Positions 27,016 to 40,199 of a stretch of 64,000 bases of DNA are shown here, in pieces. The stretch spans positions 21,886,001 to 21,950,000 of the forward strand of contig NC_043014.1 of NCBI RefSeq assembly GCF_006345805.1. Reading direction: 5' to 3'. A program made the position numbers and the translations under genes. Source of the DNA: Octopus sinensis (lineage: Eukaryota). The notes beneath the pieces were generated by a model. That model did no database searches. It was not told the origin of the DNA and saw only the letters and a program-made list of their open reading frames with translations. The first letter of the stretch is position 1; each line of letters begins with the position of its first letter.

Positions 27016-30000
27016 TCACTTCACTAAAAACATGACTTGCTTTTCTTCACTTTGGATATTTTATTATTTGGCAGAATCAGCAAGGGATTTTTAATGCCTT
27101 GTGATTTTTAGTTATATATCTTTACACTGCTTGTTTGGTTGAGGTTAACTGTCATTCATCTTTCTGGGAGAGGGACAGATGGTGAATAACTGAGTCAATG
27201 TAATCTGTTTTACCCTTCCTCTACTGAAAGATTATAAGCGTGTCTCTTTTATTTTTCTTTCTACTTCTCACTTCACTTTTTTATTATTATTTCAACTTTT
27301 GACTTGCATTATCCTAGTATGGAGACTCACCAATAATATTGGGTGGAGTAGGTACTATTAAGAATTTAATGGATCTGTTTAGAAAATTAGTTTTTCCAAA
27401 AGTTGTGAGGGGATCACTTTATTGGCTGAGTTTGGGCTTTTTATGAAATGCCTGGTAGTGTTTGATCTGTTTCTTTGTTTTGAGTGTTAAGGCAGATACA
27501 ACAAATTTGTATCTAAGCAACATGTTTTGTCTTGTAACGGTGAGGTGAAAGTAACAAAATTTTTTTTCTTGTGAAAAATCAGCAGCAATTAGACACTTTA
27601 AAAGGAAGGATGACATCTGTGGGTTGGGGTCTGGATGTTGAGACCATATACCCTATCTTGATTATTGGATGGAGTGCTGTTCAAACACATTAACTCTGAT
27701 TTGATAGAAGCACACTTATTTGGGCTGGTGGTGTGTGAATGTTGGAAAACCTTTATGGTATTTTTACTCTTTAATCTCATGTCAGCCCTGATAGAACTGA
27801 TCTCTTCATTGGCACTTCCTCTCTTTTTTTATTTTTAAATCTTTTCCTCCTTGGCTGGTAAAAATACCACTCTAGTAATGGGGTAAATGAAATTGACCAA
27901 TTCCTTCCCTCAAAATTACTATGCTTGTACTTTAATGAGAAACCTTTATTCAGGTGGTGAGCTGGGGTTGATGGTTGACATGTAGACAAAATTCTTATTA
28001 GTATTCTAGTTTTTATGTTTAGTCCAAATTTTGCTGCAGGAAAGCTGGCCTATTTATCTTTGGAGGTTGACGTAATAAAATAGTCAGGTGCTGGAGTTGA
28101 TACAATTGACTTTACCCTTCCTTTTAAAATAGCTAATCTTGTTCCAAAATATGAATTAAGGTGGTGAGCTGTCTGACTCTTGCACGTTAGACCAACTGCT
28201 TAGCAGTATTTAAAAAAATATTTTTTTTACCCGGACATTCAAGTTCAATTATGCTTTTCATCCTTTCAAGTACTAGTCAAGCACTGAAAGTGCTGTAATC
28301 TACCAATTCCATGCCTTGTGCCGAAAATGTGAAACTTATTTTTGCAGGCATCACGAATCCAATTGGTTATCAAATGTATTACCTAGTTTAAATGTCTGTG
28401 ATTTAAGGGATTTCTAGCAGTCCAAATGACTAGATGAGTTTTCCACCTGCTTATCTGCCATTTTGATTGTGGTCACTTGGTGGTTGGTAGTGTTCTGTAG
28501 TTTAGCAGTTAATGTATAGTAAATATTTCATTTTGTACCTGTCTTTTTAGGTGTTAATTATGAGGTACATTCAATTGCTGCTTGTAGTGTCAAACAACCT
28601 CTAACAAGTTAATCTGTGAAGGGAGTCGGATTAAACTCAGACATGTGCAACAATTGGTCGAGTGAGAAGATTCTAAGTGGTACTGGACGGAATTTGGTAG
28701 AGAGTATGCAGCTATCCCCAAAGTAGATGCTGTGATTGTGAGGGAAGAAATCACTTAAGTTCATTAGTGTTGTGAGTTTATATTGCTATTGAATAGCAGT
28801 ATAATTTAGTCGTTTTTTTTTTTTTTTTCTTTTCCTCAACGAATGTTATATCTGAAACTTAAGAGCAATTTAGATTTTTTTTTTTTTGTAATTTCATTAG
28901 CCACTCGTCGCCGGTGGTTAATGATGCGAGAGTGATTTCCCTTGCAATATCTTTCTTTCCGAAGTGGTATTCCGAACCTACTGAAAAGGAACACCAGTGC
29001 AACGAAGTTATTTCAGCTTTTGGCATGAAGAAATTAAAAACGTATATTGATAGCTATTACCTCGATTTCATGAATTATGCAGGTTTTCGAGATCGTGATC
29101 CTTTCCATTGACATATTTTAAAAAATCAAATGCACTGAGAATTACTGTACTATTTAGGTTGCTCAGTCTGCTAAAAGCAACAGCTAAATCACACCTCGTT
29201 TTGAAAGAAGAAGCATACATTGGATAATGTTGTTCAAGGTACACATTCCTGGAAAAGAGACGGACGACGTTGGCTGAACTGCCTGATCATAATTCAGCAT
29301 GGGTTAATGTATTAAATCCTTTTGAAACAATCCTCTCACTGACCCAGTCTATTAAGTTGTAAATAGGTGTAATGTACAGCTACACTCAGTGTATCTAGTA
29401 GCAACTGAAGAAAGTCATTGGTGTTTGCTGTATTGTTAATGTTCGTTCTAATTCAGCCATTGAACATCAACTAAATCAATTTCCTAGGTTCAGGTCAGTC
29501 AGTGACAGCCATTCGGTATGCTCCTTCCACTCTCAAACGAAGATTAATATTATTCCTACTAGAAATAGCAGTGAAATTATTCGTATATAACATTGTATTG
29601 TTTTCAAGAGGGATAGGATACATTGGATAACGAACACTTGGATTAACTATTACTGAAATTAAACGTCTTACTGCTAAAAGGCATGTTATCGTAGGTTCAT
29701 TCATATGGAGCTAAACAGCAAAGATTGAGCCTCTCTACTTTGAAATCTTTTAACCCACAAGAAAAGATTCTCTGCTGTGTGATATTGTTAAACTAATATT
29801 ACATGCTTTGGGAATTTCGTATTTCTATTGTTTTATACTGTTTGAAACTAAGATGGTTCGAGGTAACAGTTCGGCAATTTGGTTGGATATATACAAAAAG
29901 GATCATCTGCGATTGGGGATTCATTTGTTTAAATAATGTACTATGCAACCTTTTCGTCTCTATATAACGAATTTCCAGTTGATCTAAATATGAGATGTTT

Positions 30001-30060
30001 TCCCGTTACAAGACAAAGGAGCATTAATAAAAGCAAACAACCGATTCGTTTATAACATAA

Positions 30061-30151
30061 AGTAGGCTGTGTTGTAAGCAGGGCCTCTCGCTTCACACGC
30101 GAGAGACCCTGGGTTCCGGGTTCAGTGCCACGGAAACTGAAAAGCCCGTCG

Positions 30152-30155
<4 letters not shown>
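30061..30155 (+). pseudogene. Chimera of a family D SINE and a tRNA-Val fragment
   Basis: SINE head gtaggctgtgttgtaag and SINE ggttccgggttcagt...cggaaactgaaaagcccgtcg flank ctcgcttcacacgcgagagaccctgggttc, the tRNA-Val(CAC) anticodon arm and start of the T arm. Confidence 0.7.
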
Positions 30156-30204
<49 letters not shown>

Positions 30205-32436
30205 CTGTCATTCGAAATATTTCTGAAACTGTGAAACCCTTGGAATTTGGAGATCTGCGATAGTGTCATCAATTCGTTTCAAAAAGGAATTGATACTTGC
30301 GAAGAGATTCTTATCACACGAAAATCGAATTAAATCAATTCAAAGTTATTCGTTGAGATAATGCAATCCAGCTCGTTGGAACTTTCGAACAGGACGCAGA
30401 AGATGTATAAAAGCATTAGAATATATCGGATCAAGCGATCCGAAGCTTCATGCATGCATTGAACTCATTCAACAGTTTTGATTCTGGATGATATAGAGGC
30501 ATGTCCATAGGTTTACCTCCGATCTTACCTAGCTATTTACCCAAGACATTATAACGCGCTGACAATATATTCTGCAAACGTCAATTAGTTGTATGATGTG
30601 GACATTATAAAGGAAATATTACGTGTGGTGGCTGGACACTCAGCTTGGAGAGCGGTGAACGGAATAATATGCTTATGAAATTAACGGGAAAGTGGCTGAG
30701 CACTCCATAGACGCGCGTACCTTTAACGTAGTTCTCAAGGAAGTTCAGCGTGACAATGTGACGAAGCTGGCCCATTGAACTATTAAGTTCTATCACGTGT
30801 AAACTGTTGAAATAATACAGGGAGCGTCAGACTGTATGATATGGAAGTATGGTGTGCAGTAAACTGACAGATAGTCGAAAAATTCGAGAAGTTGTGGTAC
30901 GTGTAGAAAATATGGTAGGCGGAATATGGAGGAAATATTAGGACGGTAGTGTGGAAAAAATGTGGTTGAATCATTTTTGTATGGCGAGATAAATGAGAAA
31001 ACAAAATATATGGGAAAACTCGTGAGGAGATATGAGATTCAGGGCGGGGAAATATTCATTGTGTATTGTTGAAAAAATATGTTGTTTAACCTCCTCACAT
31101 CATCCTGTCTTTAAATCCATAACCATCCTGTGGTTTTATAGGCGTCTAAGATTGCACTGTCTAACGTCATTTTCCTTGTTTAAGAATGCGTTGTAGCACG
31201 ATGGATATTTACATATGCATTAATATGCAGGCATGCACCGGCACGTGTTTGTGTGTGTGCGTGTTGCTGTTGTTATTATTTCCGTTTTTGAGCCCCAGCA
31301 AACCTATGGTTAAAGCACTCTAAACGTTACCATCCTATAGATTACATTTTCAGCCATTTTAAAAATCATAAATGGAAGCGGAAAATTATCGTAGGCAATC
31401 GGCATTAACTTTTTTTGAAATTATGAACAAACTTATTTTCAAAATCGTTATCTCCGTGCTTTTAAATTTGGGTCCCCAAAAGCAATTTATGAAATGCTAA
31501 AAACACAAAATAGAAAAAGAAATGGGGGCTTGTTGGATTAAAATTAGTAATTTGAAAAGTTTTATTTATTTATTTTTGTAAAATAATCTCCGTAGTTGAA
31601 ATTTTTTTTTGGGGGGGGGGCAAAGAAACGAAGAGTATGGGGTTTTCCGCCTGAGTAACGTTAAAATTTCCATTTTCAGTTTGTGTTCTCAAGTCCATTT
31701 TATATATCCATTTCATCTTTTAAGACGGTCGGGTGTGATTTTGAGGGCATTTTGCTGCTATTTCAAGCATACTGAATGACCAAGTAGAGCCTTACATTAT
31801 AATTGTGTTCAATGATATTAGATTGGTGGCCGTGAGAGCAACAGTGATGTTAGAAAGAAATGTGGTTCAAGTCTGCGTTCGAATCTTTCTTATTTCTGTT
31901 ACATCAAAATGCTTGCATGACAAAAAATAATCAAACTGAATTCAATAAGTTGATGACTGTCCTCTCGTCAATAAAAGAAGACGTAAATGTTATGCATATC
32001 TCAAAAGCGTTAGTGACTTAAGAAAGTTGACCGAATCGTTTCACCGATAAAAGAAACCGGTGTAACAACCTTAAACTACTCCATTTTAAGTTACTTCCCG
32101 GTAATCTGAAATTCTTCTTCTTGTAGTAGTAGTAGTAGTAGTATAAAATATTCTAAAATCATATTGGGTGGGGTGAAATTTCTTTCCAGGTACCACCCAA
32201 AAGTAATTTGAAATCGTTATGAAGTTACCAGGAGAAACAAACTGGTGAAATTCGAACTAAAGAACCTTTACGTTCTTCTTAGACATGTTAACAGCCCAAA
32301 CTCACTGAAATCACGACCGACTGTCTTAATAAAAGACTTTGAATTATGGGGTTTCGAGTTCCTGTGCATAAATGGTTTGCAGTCAGAATGACATTAATTA
32401 CATTTAGGAGCAGAACACTTACAAATATACTGAAAT

Positions 32437-32445
32437 AAAAAAAAA
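32437..32445 (-). terminator. Pol III terminator (T9) of the tRNA-Val gene
   Basis: Run of 9 T on - starting about 10 nt after the tRNA. Confidence 0.8.
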
Positions 32446-32454
32446 GTAAACCAC

Positions 32455-32527
32455 TGGTTCCGCTGGGGATCGAACCCAGGGCCTCTCGCGTGTGAAGCGA
32501 GCGTGATAACCACTACACTACGGAACC
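32455..32527 (-). tRNA. trnV-CAC: tRNA-Val (anticodon CAC)
   Basis: 73-nt cloverleaf: acceptor GGTTCCG/CGGAACC, anticodon stem CTCGC/GCGAG with loop TTCACAC, T loop TTCGATC, discriminator A; TATA-like sequence about 25 nt upstream. Confidence 0.96.
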
Positions 32528-34079
32528 TGATTGGATACCGTGGCGAAATTTATAGTATATATACTATATCTCATCAGTGTTGTGCGTATTAGCAAAAAAT
32601 ATAATTATTTTTATTGTAGAATTACATTTTACTTCTTTTAATATTTTTGCCCCAGCTGCGTAATTAGATATATATGTGTGTATGTACAAAAATCTATGTG
32701 TAGCCGTGTTCTTTTTGTTTTTCCGTCCAGGCGCACGCAGCGCGTGATGTCAGGTGGCCACGTGATCGAGCAACATCCGTCAGGGGTTGGCTGGTGCAGC
32801 GTGACGTCGTTCCCCGCACTCGCTTACACATATAAACATACCAACACTTACTTACACATACACACATTCACTCCTAACTGTCTCTCATACACACACGTAA
32901 ATTTATGTACACACACACACATATATATACGTACATACATACATATATGCACACATGCTAATTTGCGCGCACGCACATGCATATGCAAACTGATGTGGAA
33001 GTACACGCATACAGCCAGTGTAGAAGTAGCAGCAGTAACTGCACTCTGATTGGCTAATTCAGCCCCCGTTCCTTCTTGACCGTTATCATCTGCAAGTCAC
33101 GTGTCATTCTTCACAACATTATTTTGTTGATGTTTTGTATTGCATTCCTTTTTGTATTTTCATTCATTCCATATAAAACAACGGCGCATTCGATGCTCTC
33201 CTCTCTCTCTCTCTTTGTCTCTTTCCCTCTCCTCTCTATTGCTTTCATCTTTCATCACCATCAAACAAAAGAGAACGACAGAAAAATAAATGTATGGTTT
33301 TATATTCAGAAAATATTTCGCACACATATATACATATATGTATATATACACATACATACATATATATATCGTCTATTTGAATGTTTTGCGTTCTTGTCCC
33401 ATTTTATATATTTTTACACACACACACACACACCATATATATATATATATATATACACATATATATGTATATGTGTGTGTGTGTGTGTATAAAGGTATAC
33501 ATATATGCATATATACATACATATATGTACATACATACATATATATGTATGTATGTATGTATACATGCATATATGGGTACAGGACATAAAAAAACGTGGG
33601 CAGAATGAGAAACGAGTACATAAAAAACAAAAACATAGAAAACGAACTTTTTTCGAACAACGAAAAAACAAACAAATAGAGAAATGAGACATGCAAGAAA
33701 AAGAATATTCCCTTCATCAGTTGTCCCCTGTTCTATCTACTCCGCGTTTATACATACACACACAGAGAAAATTTATTGTATGATTCCTTTTGAATTAAGG
33801 TATTTTAACATCCAGGACACCAGAAAAGGGTTGAGTTTAGCACATACGTGTATATACCACATACAAACATATCCGTATATACATGTGCATATACGAACAT
33901 ATCCACACACACACACACATGTACATGCACACATATATAGTCACATACATATAAATATACACATACATACTTACAAATGCACACACGCATGTTAGTTCAT
34001 GTTCCAATGCAAGTTCCAGATTCAAAATAGGGCAGGTTCCAGGAATGGTTCTTGCATAAAATAAGAACACATGTGTTAA

Positions 34080-34303
34080 AGGTTCACTACAGCTGTTTTA
34101 GACGCATTTTTATTGATGGTTATTTCGCTCACATCATGAAAAAAACATTCTCTTCAATGATACCTCACAGAGAGATCAATACACATCTTGGGGTATTTTT
34201 TCTCCTGATCAAAATTTTAATCACGTGCAGAAAACGGTTTTTTCAAAGTGTAATCAAACGTTTCATCAATAGGAAATGCGTCTGAAACAGCTGTAGTGAA
34301 CCT
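34080..34303. mobile_element. TTAA-flanked MITE (Kolobok-like termini)
   Basis: TTAA-AGGTTCACTACAGCTGTTT...AAACAGCTGTAGTGAACCT-TTAA; RR...YY ends with TTAA flanks fit Kolobok. Confidence 0.7.
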
Positions 34304-34495
34304 TTAACCCATTCATGCTCTGGACGGAAAAACGAAAAGAACACAGCTACACATACATTTTTGTACATACACACGTATATATTTTTGTATACACGCGCGC
34401 GTAAGAAACCATTGGTAACTCTATGTCCAAGATATAAAATTTTTGTTTGTGCTGCAAGATTCCTGATGCGAAATCGTGTGTTGGAACAGATACTG

Positions 34496-34750
34496 TTGTA
34501 TTTCGGGACGGTCATTCTTTTTTTGCCAAATAAACACACACACTATATATTTTCTTCACTCGTTTATTACTGTTTTTATTTTAGGAATAAGTGGAGCAAG
34601 AATACACACGAAAACGAAATATGTCGCTGAAGAGGTCACAGATGTGTGACGAAAAATTTTCGGACAATGGACAGGAGTTAAAATAAGAACAGTAATAAAC
34701 GAGTAAAGTGCGTGTGTTTATTTGAAAAAAAAAAAAGATCGCCCCGAAAT

Positions 34751-34754
<4 letters not shown>
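34496..34754. mobile_element. MITE with imperfect TIRs of about 80 bp
   Basis: ttgtatttcggg...caaataaacacac...actcgtttattactgtt is inverted at 34681-34754. Confidence 0.7.
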
Positions 34755-34796
<42 letters not shown>

Positions 34797-36964
34797 GTGT
34801 GTGTGTGTGTGTAAGGTTAAGTCTATCTATTTTTAGGTGTCTGTATACACACACTCACATATATACAGATACACCATACTACACATAAACATACACACAC
34901 GAGAGAGAGAGAGAGCGGGCCAATGGTTAAGAAGTTCGCTTTGCAGCTACGAACTCCACTTCATTGCATCTTTCCATAGATTAGAGTTAACCTATACCTT
35001 ACAAATTAATTCGGGTAGACGGAAACTGTATAGAAAGAATACAGTCCGGTATTTGAAAAGATAGAGTAATCACTCTGATTCTGCCTGAGAATTATACTAA
35101 AGATGCACCTGCCTGTGCATTGTCCACCCATTTATAGGAGATCGAAGAATTGTATCCTCTTGGTCGAACGACGGAGATCCATCATTACAACGCGCGATGC
35201 AAACACACACACAGCTTTCCGTCACATCTTGGATGTATCGTAGAAATTTTAAACCTGGAAGTTATCCAAAACTTTATTTTATCGACCACAACCAGCTGAA
35301 AGGCGGTGTTGGTTATGTGTGTGTGTGTAAGAGTGAAAGGGGTAACGAAATCTCAGTTCCCAATAAATGGATATGTGTATACATGCAAGTACATTTCTGT
35401 AGAGGCAGAAGTTCAGTTTTTAGATGTGAAGTTGATGAAATTGCTTAAGATTAAAAAGCCACTATAGTCAAGGGAAGTAACTCTCGCATCATTCTGCCGC
35501 TATGGCCGTGTTGTATCTATTAAGTGAACCAGTACGGTTATGTATGATGCTGGGGTGGTGAGTGATTGTTGTGCTTTAGTCAGGTCAGCCTTAAACAGCA
35601 GATCTATAATCAAAGGATCCAAGTCGTGATTATCATTCTTAAATCATTGTATAATGTGTTCTTCCTATTTCCAAACACTAAATTGATAAAAGTGAATTTC
35701 GCTGCTTTTTCTAGCAGGTTGAATAACTGCATAGGGACTTTCTTTGTTGACTAACTTTAGTTTAGATATAGTTGAACAGTCGTTTTTAACATTGGGATAA
35801 GGCTTCCGTAAGACGAAGGTGGGGAAGTTGAATCCACACCAGTGTATGTCCTTGAAAAGCGAAACACGAAAATCAATAATGGTTGCGGTTTCCATCTTAA
35901 AATTGTCGTTGGATGCAACTAAATGATGTCAGGCATTTAAGAGTTGCAAGGCCAGAAATGTGTGAGAGGATATAGTTGATGAACAAATTTACCTTAGTTA
36001 TCTTATTAATACCGCCTGATGCTTATCGTATAAAAGGAAAGAAAATCTAGCCGAAGTCGGCAGGATTTGAACTCGGAACGTACATGATGAAAATTAAGCA
36101 TTTTGTATGGTCGAGGCCCAGAAGTGGGATTGTGTATGTGCGACAAGGTAGAAACAATGTAGAGGAGATATGTTAACGTCGGTGTGCGCGCGCGCTTGTG
36201 TTAGCAGCAGGTAGCAGTCAGGTGCTGCCACCTATCAGAGCAGTACAACATTACTCATGCTTTTTCTTGTCTGCAATCTGGGGAGAGAAAGGTAGAGAGA
36301 GAAAACTGAAGACAGTGAGAGACAAAAACAAAGAGGCGATAGAAGCAGAGAAAGAGAAAGGAGACAGAGGAAAAGAAAAACAGGCAGATAAACAAACGGA
36401 TAAAGAAACTGAATGATAGATTTAGAGAACGGGAGTATATATATCTGTAAAGAGAGAGAAGTTAGATCGATCAGTGAGTTTGATTGGTTGCAAATCTGGT
36501 TACATCTTTCTAGGTCAGCTTAGTGAAAAACAACATGGGTTGCTATACAATGATGTGGTGTAGTGGTTGTGTGGCGTGCTGTATTGTTTGTAGTGTGGTT
36601 AGAATTGTGGTTGTATGCATCGTTGTGATGTGAAGTAGTGTGGTGTGGTGTATAAGTACTATGACGTAGTGACTATTTGGTGAGATGAGGGGCGACGTGA
36701 CTGTCTGGCGTTGTGTTTAGCCCGTGGTTTGCCTTGCTTGAGCAAACCTTAGATCAAAGTGGTTCCAGCGGTGGCTATCGTATTTTGTTTAAAGTATAAC
36801 GTATCCAGAACATAAATATGTCTCCTTCCCTTTTTAAAGACGGCAGAAGTCTGTTTTGATGGAGATTTGGCTGTGAGGTGTCGTGTGACGTGTCGTGGCT
36901 ATATGACCGGGAATATTGAGGTGCTATGTAATTTTGTTTATAAAGTTAGTGAAAGGACGAGGAG

Positions 36965-37395
36965 GCAGTGTCTGTAACCATGCACTGTTTATAACAAGTC
37001 AATGTCTATAGCCAGTTGTGTTTGTTTATGATCATGCAGTGTCTAAAACTTGGAAGTGTTTATAACCAGACTATTTATAATCAGGCAGACTATAACTAGA
37101 CAGTCTCTATAATCAGGCTGTGCTTGCTCATAACCAGGTGATGTTTATAACCTGGACAAGTGTATATAATCAGGAAATGTTTATAAACGGGAACTGTAAT
37201 TATGACCAAGCAATATCTATAACCAGAAAACGTCTGTAACCAGCTCTTGACTATAACATAGACGACTAATGTCTATAGCATTGCAGTGTATATAACCGTG
37301 CAGTGCACATAGCCAGACAGTGTCTATAACCAGTGCCTTTACCTTTGACAGTGTTTATAACAAGATAGTGTTTATAAGCAGGTAGAGTCTATAAT
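36965..37395. repeat. Degenerate minisatellite with a period of about 17 bp
   Basis: More than 20 units resembling cagtgt(t/c)tataaccagg. Confidence 0.75.
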
Positions 37396-37471
37396 CTTAT
37401 CCAATGTCTCTATTGAGAGAGTGCTTTTAATCAGTATCAGTATGGTCTAAGTTATTGGCATTCTTTGAACA

Positions 37472-38510
37472 TCTGGTCGCATGCCTGATGGCTAAGCGTG
37501 AACAGAGAAGCAATTACAGAGGGCAAAATTTCTATGGGAAAATCATCGGGAGTAGGGTTTCTAGTAGAGTCTGAGAGGTAAGACAGTATAGGTGCTGATA
37601 GACAGAGAGGCGTGTGGAACTGAGCAGGGGGATAGTTCAGTTAAGGAAAACCATTATAATAGCGAGAGGTAATTCTTAAAGTTAGTTGAGTGGCCTTTTG
37701 CATGTGGACTCAGATATTTGTGTATAAAGAAAACATTTTCATTTGCTGTGTCATGGCACACCTCGTCCTAGTTTTTATAGTACCTTTGATAGTTCTTTTA
37801 ATCGTGTGTTTATTGTAAATGAATATTTGTACTGTTGAATGAGTCAAGGGTGTCATACCTTCAGTGAAGGGTACTGTCAAGATCTCTGTTCATGCTGTGA
37901 AATTTTTGTTGATATTTTGTCCTGGGTTCTCTTTGATCAAGTAAACCTACGGTCAAAATGTATTCTAGCCGTGACCGCCCTGTATATTTCTGTTTATTTT
38001 TCAGGTGTAGTGTATTTAAAAACACATTGTCCATTGTGTTCTTTTTAAAAGAGTAGAGTTGTGATTCGCGGGAGATTTGGTTGCTATTGTCGGGCGACCA
38101 CGTCGTAGAAGGCATCCTCATTGATGCCTTCTACGTGGAAGATAGAGAAAGAGTGAAGTGTAGTATCATTTCTATAAAAGCACGTGTTGTTAGAAGAGAC
38201 AAGTCTGGTCGGGTGCCTGGCGGCTAAACGTAGACACAAACGATTATAGAGGGCAAATTTTCTATGGGAAAATCATCGGGAGTAGGTTTTCTAGTAGAGT
38301 CTGAGAGGTAGGACAGTATAAGTGCTGATAGACAGAGAGGCGTGTGGAACTGAGCAGGGAGATAGTTCAGTTAAGGAAAACCATTATAATAGCGATAGGA
38401 GAGGTCAAGAGGAATAACAAGCCTGGGAATTCTTAAGTTGAAGGGCCTTTTGTATGTGGACTCAGAAATTTGTGTATAAAGCAAACGTTTTCAGTTGTTG
38501 TGTCATGGCA
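37472..38510. repeat. Direct repeat pair of about 300 bp (37472-37758 and 38204-38510)
   Basis: Shared core of about 150 nt (agagggcaaa...ataatagcga) with about 5 mismatches. Confidence 0.85.
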
Positions 38511-39484
38511 TACTTAGTCTTCAGCTGTCACACACATTTTTGAGGCGTGTCGAAAAATTCCAGGACATTTAGAAAACTTGAGTGTATTTTTTTAAATATA
38601 CCACAGAGCAGAAATGTACAGAAATATTGATGATGTAGACATTATTACTGATCCCTGAAGTACGAGCGCCAAAGACACTGTGTCTTAAGGCATAACAGAG
38701 TTGGGCAGAATCTGGGTCGGGGGAGGCTTCGTCAATACCCGCTGCAATGCTACTAAGGTATGACAGAAAGCTTATGATCCAGGAAATAAGAGATGGTTGA
38801 GGGTAACTTAAGAGAAAGTGTGTGTGACAGAGAGACAAGGAAAAGGAGTGTGTGTGAGAGAGAGAGAGAGAGGTTTGGCAAAGCTACAATCTCGTCATGA
38901 CGCATAGTGAAAGTGAAGAGGCTGATCTTGTCACAGATTGTCTTCTGAAATGATCGGTGCAGTATTCGCAGTTAGCGACTAAGAGTATGTGGCGATGATC
39001 TGGAGACAAAGAGAAAGTTTTGGGGTAATTTTATTGAGTATGTGCCATGTTGAATTGCAAGTGGGGTGATGGATTCTCACTGTGCTACTGATTGGTGGCG
39101 GTTCTTTTCGCGAGGAATCTCAGGGTCCCCTTGATAATTTGGTAAGTGGGAAAGCTTGTCGCATATGACATGTACAAATATATCTTTTGAATTTTTGATT
39201 ATAGTCTAGTAGGTGCTGTGATAGTCGGTAAAATTTTACTCTATTAGTGGGTGACATCTAGAAATATAGGCGGTATTCTTTGCCTATACTGTAATGAGCA
39301 AACAATTTGGTGGTTTTTTATTGTGAGCTTTGGTGGTGGCAGAAGTGTGATGGGCACTGGATATTAAGTTCTATGTTAAAAATTTATTGGCATATATTAA
39401 TGCATGTTTATGCTCCGAGCAAGATACGACAGGTAACCATGCATTTATTTATCTGTCTGTCTGTCTGTCTGTCTGACTGTCTGC

Positions 39485-39781
<297 letters not shown>

Positions 39782-39880
39782 CATACATACATATGTATAT
39801 ACATATATGCATGTGACCTCGTGTGTACCGTTGACGATTTTTTTCCCTCTGTCTTCCCTTCTCTGGATCTTTCCTTCTCC

Positions 39881-39920
39881 TATGTTTCCGACGAAGAGCT
39901 CCGCTCGAAACGTTAAACCC
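39881..39920 (+). ncRNA. Minimal type-I hammerhead-ribozyme-like motif (Penelope pLTR relic), U4->C variant
   Basis: gttt-CCGACGA-a-gagc(tcc)gctc-GAAA-cgt-t-aaac: core, stem II, palindromic ACGT stem III, 4-bp stem I. Confidence 0.6.
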
Positions 39921-40012
39921 TCCTTCTTTCCTTCTTTCCTGAGCGTCCAATAATACTATATTTGTTCCACGTCCTCGCGTTGTTGTGTTTTTTTGTGCTT
40001 TCTTGTTTGGAT

Positions 40013-40043
<31 letters not shown>

Positions 40044-40065
40044 CTACACACATACATACATACAT

Positions 40066-40174
<109 letters not shown>

Positions 40175-40199
40175 ATTGAGATTCAAGTGAATTCTAATG

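Noticed and set aside
28880-29111. CpG-rich 65-aa ORF after an acceptor-like tract
   Set aside because: No convincing donor and no recognisable domain
30230-30500. Protein-like frame (WNLEICDSVINSF...) interrupted by a stop
   Set aside because: No recognisable motif or splice signals
33690-33760. CTGATGA on the minus strand near 33715
   Set aside because: No GAAA follows the putative stem II, so it is not a supportable hammerhead, although it may be repeat-derived
36965-37395. Regularly spaced short repeats resembling a CRISPR array
   Set aside because: Units are contiguous and degenerate with no unique spacers, there are no cas genes, and the context is eukaryotic; it is a minisatellite
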